Source of the DNA: an uncultured Bacteroidales bacterium
GTDB taxonomy: Bacteria > Bacteroidota > Bacteroidia > Bacteroidales > JAADJA01
Direction of reading: 5' to 3'
NCBI GenBank assembly: GCA_963764475.1
Contig: CAVXTE010000001.1
Location: 31,982 to 95,981 of the forward strand
DNA length: 64,000 nt
In this document: positions 30,317 to 38,026 of the stretch, piece after piece
How positions within the stretch are numbered: the stretch's first letter is position 1
Layout of the letters: each line of letters starts with the position of its first letter
The notes under the pieces: model-generated
What the model was told of the DNA's origin: nothing
Seen by the model: only the letters and a program-made list of their open reading frames with translations
Databases searched by the model: none
Translations under genes and position numbers: made by a program

Positions 30317-32779
30317 TTAATCATCCTTGTCACTACTTTCGACCAATAGAAAAGCTGAATGAACCGGAGGCGGACAATCATCGGTTCCTTTTACTGCAAA
30401 CCAGATCACTTTATTGAATTCATCGTCGGGAACCCTGTCTTCGATCGAAAAATCAAATTTCTCACTCATTTTTTGCCATCTGTTCAGAGCGACATTCTTT
30501 TCGTTCAGGTCGACCCCGGCAGGCAATGATTTAAAACCCGTGATATTCACTGTATCGTTAAAACAGCGCCACATCGGCGTAGCGGCAGCATCGTACTGGC
30601 TCATCGGAGGCAGACCAAGGATAAGTTCTATGGTACGCAGCATGGATGATGTAGAATACATCGTATGATCGACAAAATTTCGTTTAACATATCCACCGGC
30701 CAGGTAAGCTGTGGTTCGGTGGGCATCCACATGATCGGGGCCGTTCTGTGCGTCATCTTCAACAATAAAAACGATACTATTTTTCCAAATCGGGCTGTGG
30801 CTCAGATATTCCACAAAGAGACCAACCGCCAGATCATTATCTGCAACCTGAGCGAATGGAGTCGGTTTTCCTTTTCGTAATCCCATCGTATGATCATTAA
30901 TGAAGCGCAAGGTATTGAGCTGTGGAACCGCATCAATTCTTAGCAATGAATCAAAATCCCGTTTCCACTGGCTGAACCTTGTCGTATCCTTTACGGATTG
31001 ATCCCAGCTTGTATAATAACGGCAGTAATGATTTTCAAGCACAGGTATATTGGGCTTATAATCATCAGTAAATTCCCCATAAGTGCGGTAACTAATTCCA
31101 TATTTTTTGCAATAGTCCCAGATAAATCCATTCTTATTATTGGCGATTTCCCGGGTCCCTTCGGCATTGTAGAATCCTCCCCGACCGCCATAACTTGTCG
31201 GCCAGTTTTTTTCGAGGAAATCGGTCGCATAGGCACCCGTACTCCAGTTGTGGCCGTCAGCACTGACTTCTCCATCGACATAAAAATTATCAAGCAAAAC
31301 AAAATCATTTGCAAGCGCATGCTGATTCGGTGTGATATTTTTGCCGAATAAGAGAAGGGTTGTATCCCCGTTCCCTTCCGGCATATCACCAAGAACCTGA
31401 TCATATGTTCGGTTTTCTTTGATGATATAAAATATATGCTTTACAGGTGAAGCATCACCGGTATGCAGTGGAACAGGATTACTGTTCTGGCCTGAAGTCG
31501 TGAATTCCAGCTCCTTTTTGTAAGGCGTATTATGATAAACCACAAGTGAAAAAATACCTAATTGATCGGCATCCGGAACCGGGATCATGCTCATGGTTCC
31601 CCTGAAAAGACCGGCAATGTATTGTTCTTTTCGCGATACAACAGAATCGCCTTTCTGATAGAATACCTTTTGCCCTTTTCTGGCTGGGTTTGGGCCATAG
31701 GGATTTGCCATCGAAGAAAAGCCTTTTCCATTGGCGACAAAAATCGTTTGATCGACCACACGGACACAGGTCGGATACCAGCCTGCCGGTATAAAACCTT
31801 TACCCGAACTTTTTCCCGGCTGGCTAACATCAAATACTGCCAGGTAGTTGTTATCAGCATTTGCAACAAAAAGCGTTTTCCCATCTTCGCTCAAAGCCAC
31901 ACTGTTGGTGGTCGAACCGGTTGGGGCATCAGGATATAAAGCGGTATTAAGCGTTTCGATGACTTCGCGGTTTTTCAAATCAATCACTGAAACCGTATTA
32001 TCATTTGCATTTGCGACGAATAAAAAATTACCATCGTTTGTCAGACACATATCGTTTGGATTATCTCCTACCATGATCGAACCCAAGAATTGCTCGCTAT
32101 ACGTATCAAACAGAATGATTTTATCACACCCCCAGCAAGAAATGTAAAGTACTTTTTTATCCGGTGAAAGAAGGCAGGTGTAGCCTTCTCCGCCTAAAGG
32201 AAACCGTTTGACCGAATTATTTTTTTGAAGATCGATAACATACAACGAATTGTTTTCAGTTGTCACAGCATACAGGGCATTTCGTTTATCGTCAACTGCA
32301 ATTCCTGACGGTGAAATTGTCTCGGGCCACGGTTTACCAATGACGAGTGTATCAGAAGGGACCAACTTTTTTTTACGAACGTCGAACCGTACAATCCAGT
32401 TATCATTTCCCCCGGAAGCGTACAGGCTTTTATCATCATCACTAAATGCGAGGCCAATCCAGGCCTTGCCAACAACAATCGTATCCAGTGTTGATTGTTT
32501 TTCCGCATCGATCAGTTGGATGGTTTGGTCGCTCTGGCCATTGTTTGTTACGGCCAGCATTTTTTTTGAATGGGACACGGCAATGTTCAGAGGCAGATCA
32601 CCAAGCGGGATGCTCTTACCAACCGGAGTAATTGCCCAGCCATTCGGCAGGTGTATTCTTCCAGATTCGATTTCCGAAAGGGACTGGCATATTGATCTCC
32701 CCGGCAGTATCATCATTACTAAAAGTATAAGCGATATACCAATATTTAGTTTCATTGTATGTGTGGTTTCAAATAACAT
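30317..32779 (-). CDS. secreted YncE-like beta-propeller fused to a phosphoesterase (PLC/AcpA family) domain
   Basis: 820 aa with a signal peptide. The N-terminal half has repeated propeller blades (LYVIDL, LFVANA, VSVIDL). The C-terminal half has IIKENRTYDQVLGD, typical of the phosphoesterase family. Confidence 0.7.
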   Translation of the reverse strand: MLFETTHTMKLNIGISLILLVMMILPGRSICQSLSEIESGRIHLPNGWAITPVGKSIPLGDLPLNIAVSHSKKMLAVTNNGQSDQTIQLIDAEKQSTLDTIVVGKAWIGLAFSDDDKSLYASGGNDNWIVRFDVRKKKLVPSDTLVIGKPWPETISPSGIAVDDKRNALYAVTTENNSLYVIDLQKNNSVKRFPLGGEGYTCLLSPDKKVLYISCWGCDKIILFDTYSEQFLGSIMVGDNPNDMCLTNDGNFLFVANANDNTVSVIDLKNREVIETLNTALYPDAPTGSTTNSVALSEDGKTLFVANADNNYLAVFDVSQPGKSSGKGFIPAGWYPTCVRVVDQTIFVANGKGFSSMANPYGPNPARKGQKVFYQKGDSVVSRKEQYIAGLFRGTMSMIPVPDADQLGIFSLVVYHNTPYKKELEFTTSGQNSNPVPLHTGDASPVKHIFYIIKENRTYDQVLGDMPEGNGDTTLLLFGKNITPNQHALANDFVLLDNFYVDGEVSADGHNWSTGAYATDFLEKNWPTSYGGRGGFYNAEGTREIANNKNGFIWDYCKKYGISYRTYGEFTDDYKPNIPVLENHYCRYYTSWDQSVKDTTRFSQWKRDFDSLLRIDAVPQLNTLRFINDHTMGLRKGKPTPFAQVADNDLAVGLFVEYLSHSPIWKNSIVFIVEDDAQNGPDHVDAHRTTAYLAGGYVKRNFVDHTMYSTSSMLRTIELILGLPPMSQYDAAATPMWRCFNDTVNITGFKSLPAGVDLNEKNVALNRWQKMSEKFDFSIEDRVPDDEFNKVIWFAVKGTDDCPPPVHSAFLLVESSDKDD

Positions 32780-33027
32780 ATTTTATAAAATTTGAACATA
32801 GCAATCCGTTTATCATTTTATCAGTTCAAAAATAGTAAAACAAAACAATTAAATTTTTCTTACAACAAAGAACTTTTCGCTTGCTCAATTGTTTCATTTA
32901 TGTATTGCATTTATAAATGAAGATTGTATCACCAATTTAAAAAAACAGACAGTAATACAGAAAGGTGCTACATTTAGGATAAAGGTAATATAATTAAGGT
33001 AAAAGATTTTACCCAGACGCTATGAAG

Positions 33028-33061
33028 AACCCGGATGATAAAACATCCGGGTTTATTTTTT
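33028..33061 (+). terminator. orphan intrinsic terminator
   Basis: 10-bp stem AACCCGGATG / CATCCGGGTT with a 6-nt loop, followed by TATTTTTT. There is no annotated plus-strand gene upstream. Confidence 0.6.
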
Positions 33062-33170
33062 GTGCATAATTCTGCTTGTTCTTTTTTTAGTGAACAAACT
33101 TTTAAATAAGAATCCCTGATATTTCCAAATCCCAAAATCAGATTCACTACAAATATTTTCAGCTAAAAAC

Positions 33171-33315
33171 AAAAAAAGCCGGAATACTCCAGCCAGTTGA
33201 AAGGTTCCTTTTTGGATACCTTCATCGCGACAATCTCCTCATCTTTGCCCATTGCCGCTCTTATTTCCGCAAAAATGAAATTCTTGTTCATCAATGCTTT
33301 CTGTTTACAAAAATA
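33171..33315 (-). repeat. paralogous ~145-bp element, copy 1 (candidate ~130-nt sRNA or 42-aa micro-ORF on the minus strand)
   Basis: 94/100 nt identical (hand count) to 34147-34246. Minus-strand TAttTTTG box at 33308-33315. Minus-strand hairpin GCUGGA-GUAU-UCCGGC (33178-33193) followed by U7 (33171-33177). Confidence 0.8.
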
Positions 33316-33498
33316 AAGTTGTAATGCTAACCCCCAATTAGGCCTCCTTCGTAATTAGACCGCATTTATCACCTGCATTTGCTATGCATTCCCTTATAAT
33401 TGCTCAAGTGTTCAAGGCAGGCCTTTGTGCTAAAGCGTCACTTGTGCTCAGTATCCGAAAAATAATTCTATTCTATAGTTACATCTGCCAGTTATTCT

Positions 33499-33506
33499 TA
33501 ATTTTG
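33499..33506 (+). promoter_or_regulatory. Bacteroidota -7 box TAatTTTG for the toxin-antitoxin operon
   Basis: Exact TAnnTTTG, 26 nt upstream of the ATG at 33533. Confidence 0.4.
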
Positions 33507-33532
33507 CAACTTGAGTATCAAATATTTTAAAA

Positions 33533-33715
33533 ATGAAAGTAATTCTTGATATACAAGAAAGCAAAGCACCCTTTTTTATCGAATTGGTTAATGGATTGAA
33601 ATATATACGGATTATCAAACAAGTGAAAGATAAGCGCAAAAGCGCTGCAATACAGGATATCGTTGAGGCATTCAATGATGTGATGTTACATGAAGAAGGG
33701 AAAAAGAACGCTTAA
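33533..33715 (+). CDS. putative antitoxin of the RelE/ParE-type module (apparently truncated by a frameshift)
   Basis: 60-aa ORF directly upstream of the toxin. After ...LHEEGKK the frame starting at 33708 reads TLKSANQILDEI* and ends at 33746, overlapping the toxin start by 11 nt. Confidence 0.55.
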   Translation: MKVILDIQESKAPFFIELVNGLKYIRIIKQVKDKRKSAAIQDIVEAFNDVMLHEEGKKNA

Positions 33716-33735
33716 ATCTGCAAATCAGATTTTAG

Positions 33736-34068
33736 ATGAGATTTAATGTTGTCGCCACAGAAAACTTCGAGAGAAAAGTCAAACGGTTGGCGAAGAAATA
33801 TAAATCCCTGAAAGCTGACTTAAAGCCTGTTTTCGACCAATTAGAAACAATTCCCAAGCTTGGTACAGCCATTGGAAATGATTGTTATAAAATCAGGATA
33901 GCAATCAATTCTAAAGGAAGGGGTAAATCTGGAGGTGCCAGGATTATCACTTATGTCAGGTACATGAAAGACACAGTTTACCTGATTGACATATATGATA
34001 AATCAGAAAAGGCATCTATCACCGAAAGAGAAATAGTAGAACTGATTGCATTAATTCTGGGTCAATAA
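33736..34068 (+). CDS. type II toxin, RelE/ParE superfamily
   Basis: 110 aa. The pattern F.R..K.L.KKY..L..D...KIRI..S.KGRGKSGGARIITYV is typical of RelE-like mRNA interferases. Confidence 0.75.
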   Translation: MRFNVVATENFERKVKRLAKKYKSLKADLKPVFDQLETIPKLGTAIGNDCYKIRIAINSKGRGKSGGARIITYVRYMKDTVYLIDIYDKSEKASITEREIVELIALILGQ

Positions 34069-34146
34069 ATTTGATTGGATGATAATTTAAATTCTATTCT
34101 CCTTTAACATTAATCCTTCACCATCCTTATTGGTAATTTTACCAAC

Positions 34147-34289
34147 AAAAAAAGCCGGAAAACTCCAGCCAGTTGAAAGGTTCCTTTTTGGATTCCTTCT
34201 TTGCGACAATCTGCTCATCTTTGGCCATTGCCGCTCTTATTTCCGCAATGATGTTGAAATTACACCATTGTTTTCTGCTTGCAAAAGTA
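34147..34289 (-). repeat. paralogous ~145-bp element, copy 2 (candidate ~130-nt sRNA)
   Basis: Matches copy 1. Minus-strand TActTTTG box at 34282-34289. Hairpin GCUGGA-GUUU-UCCGGC (34154-34169) followed by U7 (34147-34153). Confidence 0.8.
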
Positions 34290-34515
34290 ATCGAATAAAT
34301 CCTCCTGAATCTTAAGTTAACATTAATTTTTTTACTTTTTTTATATCGAATAACCAACGAAGAGAAACAAAAAAGAGAAAGTCGAGAATTAATCTTTCGT
34401 CTTGCTTTTTTCTGTTAAATTTGAACACTTAATACTGATAGACAGATGTATGCATCTCGATATATTATTTTTTCATGAATTAAGGAATTGAATCCTGATT
34501 AAATAAATATTATTT

Positions 34516-36000
34516 ATGAGTAAAAAAATTATCATCATCGGCGGTGGCATTGCGGGATTGTCCGCTGGTATATATGGCCGGATGAACGGTTACGAAACGG
34601 AAATCATCGAAATGAATAAAATTCCTGGAGGTCAGTGTACCGCCTGGGATCGTAAAGGATATCGTTTCGATTATTGTCTTCACTGGCTTGTAGGTACAAA
34701 GAAAGGCCCTTTTCACAGGATATGGCAGGAAACCGGCGTTTTAAATCCCGACGTTAAAATCCTGGATCATGAAATTCATACATTGCTTGTAGATGAAAAT
34801 GGGAATGAGTTTATCGTTTATACCAATGCTGATCGATGGGAAAAATACCTACTCGAACTGGCGCCGGAAGATGCCGTACCTATCCGGAAAATGTGTATGC
34901 ACATTCGGAAAGGATCTAAACTCGAAGCGTTTGAAAATGCTCCCGGTGTAAGGAAATTCAAGGAATATTTTCCGGGTTTACTGAAAATGCTTCCTGCCCT
35001 TTTGCTGATTATTAAATACAGCAAAAAAAGCACGCTTGAGTATTTCAGGGAGTTGAATTTCAAAAATGAACGCCTTAAACGTTTTTTGTTCGACTTTTTT
35101 ACTGAGAACAATATGTCTGCCATAGCATTCATCGGGATGCTCGGCTGGTTTCAACAAAATAATGCAGGTTATCTTATCGGGGGGTCACTGCCAATCACCC
35201 AACGGATGGCAGAGAAATATAAATCACTGGGTGGTATTCTTAAAACAAGTAAAAAGGTTGAAAAGATTATTGTTGAAAATAATAATGCCACTGGAGTTGT
35301 TTTAACAGACGGAACAAAAATCATGGCTGATTTTGTCGTTGGAGCAGCCGATGGACATTCAATAATCTTTGATATGTTGGGAGGTAAATACATTTCGAAA
35401 GAAATTGATACAGCCTATAAAACATGGCCGCTTTTCCCATCACTGGTTCAGGTTTCATTTGGAATCGGCAAGGAAGTAAAGACTGATTTTACATTGCAAA
35501 GTGTTGTTATGAAAGGCGAAAAGATTGGAAATACAATTTTGGAATCACCCTGCTCAATCATGAATTATTGCTATGACCCGACACTGTCACCAGAAGGTAA
35601 AACAGCGATTGTAATTCGTTACGAAAGTCCGTGGGAAATTTGGGAAAATATGGCTGAAGAAGAGTATAAAGCAGAAAAGAAACAAATTGAAAAAGATGCA
35701 ATGGTCATTCTTGAAAAGCGGTATCCGGGGATTTCAGGACACATTGAAGTTGTAGATGTGGCAACACCGAGAACAAGTGTAGAGTATACCGGGGTTTGGA
35801 AAGGTGCATACGAAGGTTTTCTGCCTACTAAAAACAACATGACCAAAGTATTAAAAATGACGTTGCCCGGTCTCGATCACTTTTATCTGATCGGGCAGTG
35901 GTTGTATCCCGGCGGTGGACTTCCACCCTCTGCTCAGTCAGGGAAATGGGCCATTCAGCTTATATGCAAGAAAGACAAAGTAAACTTTAACGTACATTAA
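34516..36000 (+). CDS. phytoene desaturase (CrtI)-like NAD(P)/FAD-dependent oxidoreductase
   Basis: 494 aa. N-terminal IIIIGGGIAGLSAG dinucleotide fold. The C-terminal GQWLYPGGGLP is typical of CrtI-family amine-oxidase-fold enzymes. Confidence 0.7.
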   Translation: MSKKIIIIGGGIAGLSAGIYGRMNGYETEIIEMNKIPGGQCTAWDRKGYRFDYCLHWLVGTKKGPFHRIWQETGVLNPDVKILDHEIHTLLVDENGNEFIVYTNADRWEKYLLELAPEDAVPIRKMCMHIRKGSKLEAFENAPGVRKFKEYFPGLLKMLPALLLIIKYSKKSTLEYFRELNFKNERLKRFLFDFFTENNMSAIAFIGMLGWFQQNNAGYLIGGSLPITQRMAEKYKSLGGILKTSKKVEKIIVENNNATGVVLTDGTKIMADFVVGAADGHSIIFDMLGGKYISKEIDTAYKTWPLFPSLVQVSFGIGKEVKTDFTLQSVVMKGEKIGNTILESPCSIMNYCYDPTLSPEGKTAIVIRYESPWEIWENMAEEEYKAEKKQIEKDAMVILEKRYPGISGHIEVVDVATPRTSVEYTGVWKGAYEGFLPTKNNMTKVLKMTLPGLDHFYLIGQWLYPGGGLPPSAQSGKWAIQLICKKDKVNFNVH

Positions 36001-36011
36001 AAATTTGATAA

Positions 36012-36755
36012 ATGAATTCGGTATTCAAAGATCAGTTTATCAGCCAATGGAAAAAATATTTCAAAAATGCGGAACTGCCGATCACTTTCTGGTATTCGGA
36101 TGAAACAGACGGAGCTAACAGAAAAGAACCAGTCAATGGCCACAGTTGCCTGATCTGTGAACTGGCCAAAGTCCGCAACGGCGAATCACTGGCTTACGAT
36201 GAGAATGCACTGGGATGTGCCGGGGCCAAACGTTACCTTGGTTTTAAGAAAACCATCCGGGAAGGTTTTAACTATTTTCTTTCATGCGGAAATGATGAAA
36301 TTGAAGGAGAACGATATATCCGCACTCCTGAAATGGTAAACGAACTGATGAAAAATCAGAAAATGATAGAGAGAAAGGGAAGCAACATCATTTTCAAAAG
36401 ATGGGACAAACTTTCCGAAACAGATCAGCCGGAAGTTATTATTTTCTTTGCCAAGCCTGATGTGATCGCCGGCTTGTTTACACTTGCCAATTTTGACCAG
36501 ACTGAACCAAACGGCACTTTTACTCCATTTGGAGCAGGCTGCGGATCTATCATTCATTATCCATATCTTGAGATAGATTCAGACAGACCCAGAGCAGTTA
36601 TCGGGATGTTCGACCCTTCGGCCAGACCTTGTGTACCGCAAGATATGCTCACGTTTGCTGTTCCAATTGTGAAGTTCGAAAAAATGATCGGCTATATGGA
36701 TGAAAGCTTTCTGATCACACCCACCTGGGAAACCGTCATGAAAAGACTTGACTAA
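36012..36755 (+). CDS. DUF169-like protein (tentative)
   Basis: 247 aa. Assigned from size and general sequence character only, and not verifiable here. 11 nt downstream of the CrtI-like gene. Confidence 0.4.
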   Translation: MNSVFKDQFISQWKKYFKNAELPITFWYSDETDGANRKEPVNGHSCLICELAKVRNGESLAYDENALGCAGAKRYLGFKKTIREGFNYFLSCGNDEIEGERYIRTPEMVNELMKNQKMIERKGSNIIFKRWDKLSETDQPEVIIFFAKPDVIAGLFTLANFDQTEPNGTFTPFGAGCGSIIHYPYLEIDSDRPRAVIGMFDPSARPCVPQDMLTFAVPIVKFEKMIGYMDESFLITPTWETVMKRLD

Positions 36756-36783
36756 ATTGTTTTTTTCAGCTTTCGGGAAATAG

Positions 36784-37992
36784 TTGTACTTTGGCAACTC
36801 ATTAATTTATTCTGATTTGGTTAATATAAAACCCCTTGATCCGGAAAAAAGAATTGTATCGATCGATATTCTCAGGGGATTTGCACTTTTCGGTATTGCA
36901 CTTGTGAATGTTTTTGGCTTCAATGCTTCCTTCTTTGATTTCGGTGGTTTTTATAATAATCTCCCCGATCCGGCCGAACAGAAGGTCTATCATATCCTTA
37001 TCGGTTTAATGGCTGATAAATTCATCTTTATTTACAGTTTTCTTTTTGGCTATGGATTTTATTTGCAATACAGAAAATTCAGGAACAGCACAGACAACTT
37101 CACCGATTTTTATCGCAGAAGGCTGCTGTGGCTTGCATTTTTCGGATTCTGTCATGTTGTTCTGCTTTGGGCGGGAGATATTCTGTTGCTTTATGCGATA
37201 GCCGGAACATTGTTGCTGGCGATACGCAATTTTTCGAACAGGAAATTACTGATCATCGGATTTCTCTTTTATTTTTTCATCGGCATCTGGCTTGCGCTTT
37301 CGGTTTGGATCAAACTTCCGGATGCAATGACTTCCACCTGCACAGGATGTCTAAACGATGCATTGAAAATCTATCCCGAAGGAAACTGGTTCACTTGCAT
37401 GAAGCTGCGACTTGCTGAATACGCATCATTCCGTTACATCAACCTGTTTTATTATTTTCCTAAAATTGTCGGCATTTTTATTTTCGGCTATATTGCTTCC
37501 AGAAATAAGCTACACCGGTTGATTCAGGAAAATCTTCGTAATTGGTCAGGGATTCTGATCATTATTGCTGCAATGGCAACAGTTATGTACCTTTATTATG
37601 AAAAAGCAGTATTTTCGATCCTCGGAAAAGAAAGCAATTATTTGAATGCATTATATATGACAGCTTACGAACTGATGAACCTCTTTGTGGCAAGTTCCTA
37701 TATTCTTTTAATTTTTGTCCTTACATCCATTAAGCCAGTTCAAAAAATACTGATGTTTTTTTCATGGGCAGGAAGAATGTCGCTTACCAACTATATCGGC
37801 CAGTCTGTGCTTTTCTCTGTGATTTTTTATGGCTGGGGGTTTGGGAAATTCGGGATGACACAACCTTCTCATTTCATCTGGTTCGCAGTGGGTGTATTTA
37901 TTCTTGAGGTCATATTCAGCTATTTCTGGCTAAAGTTTCATAAACAAGGGCCATTGGAGAAATTGTGGAGGAGGCTTTCCTATAAAAATTAA
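36784..37992 (+). CDS. DUF418/YeiB-like polytopic membrane protein
   Basis: About 400 aa. N-terminal SIDILRGFALFGI..VN is typical of the DUF418/acyltransferase_3-like family. The exact start is uncertain (TTG in the ORF track). Confidence 0.6.
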   Translation: MYFGNSLIYSDLVNIKPLDPEKRIVSIDILRGFALFGIALVNVFGFNASFFDFGGFYNNLPDPAEQKVYHILIGLMADKFIFIYSFLFGYGFYLQYRKFRNSTDNFTDFYRRRLLWLAFFGFCHVVLLWAGDILLLYAIAGTLLLAIRNFSNRKLLIIGFLFYFFIGIWLALSVWIKLPDAMTSTCTGCLNDALKIYPEGNWFTCMKLRLAEYASFRYINLFYYFPKIVGIFIFGYIASRNKLHRLIQENLRNWSGILIIIAAMATVMYLYYEKAVFSILGKESNYLNALYMTAYELMNLFVASSYILLIFVLTSIKPVQKILMFFSWAGRMSLTNYIGQSVLFSVIFYGWGFGKFGMTQPSHFIWFAVGVFILEVIFSYFWLKFHKQGPLEKLWRRLSYKN

Positions 37993-38026
37993 GTACGAAA
38001 CTCAGATCGGTTTTAAAACCCCTGAA

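Noticed and set aside
29219-32795. Antisense ORFs 29219-29764 (-) and 32250-32795 (+)
   Set aside because: They lie opposite the class A PBP gene and the propeller/phosphoesterase gene respectively, and have no motifs. Shadow ORFs.
33022-33069. 15-codon ORF MKNPDDKTSGFIFCA overlapping the orphan terminator, whose ending superficially resembles the GFFCF/GFFCW ends of the repeat ORFs
   Set aside because: The resemblance comes from translating a hairpin plus T-tract (GG-TTT-TTT-TG) in each case. It is a signature of terminators, not of a peptide family.
33384-33530. 48-codon hydrophobic plus-strand ORF (MHSLIIAQVFKAGL...) just upstream of the antitoxin, considered as a possible third TA component or type I toxin
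   Set aside because: It runs through the predicted TA promoter (-7 box at 33499-33506) and AT-rich leader. It has no ribosome-binding context and no supporting features, so it is probably a chance ORF.
33171-34289. Integron attC sites / gene cassette interpretation of the repeats flanking the TA module
   Set aside because: No integron integrase gene is present in the window. The repeats are long direct repeats rather than imperfect palindromes, and I could not find paired RYYYAAC / GTTRRRY core sites at their ends.
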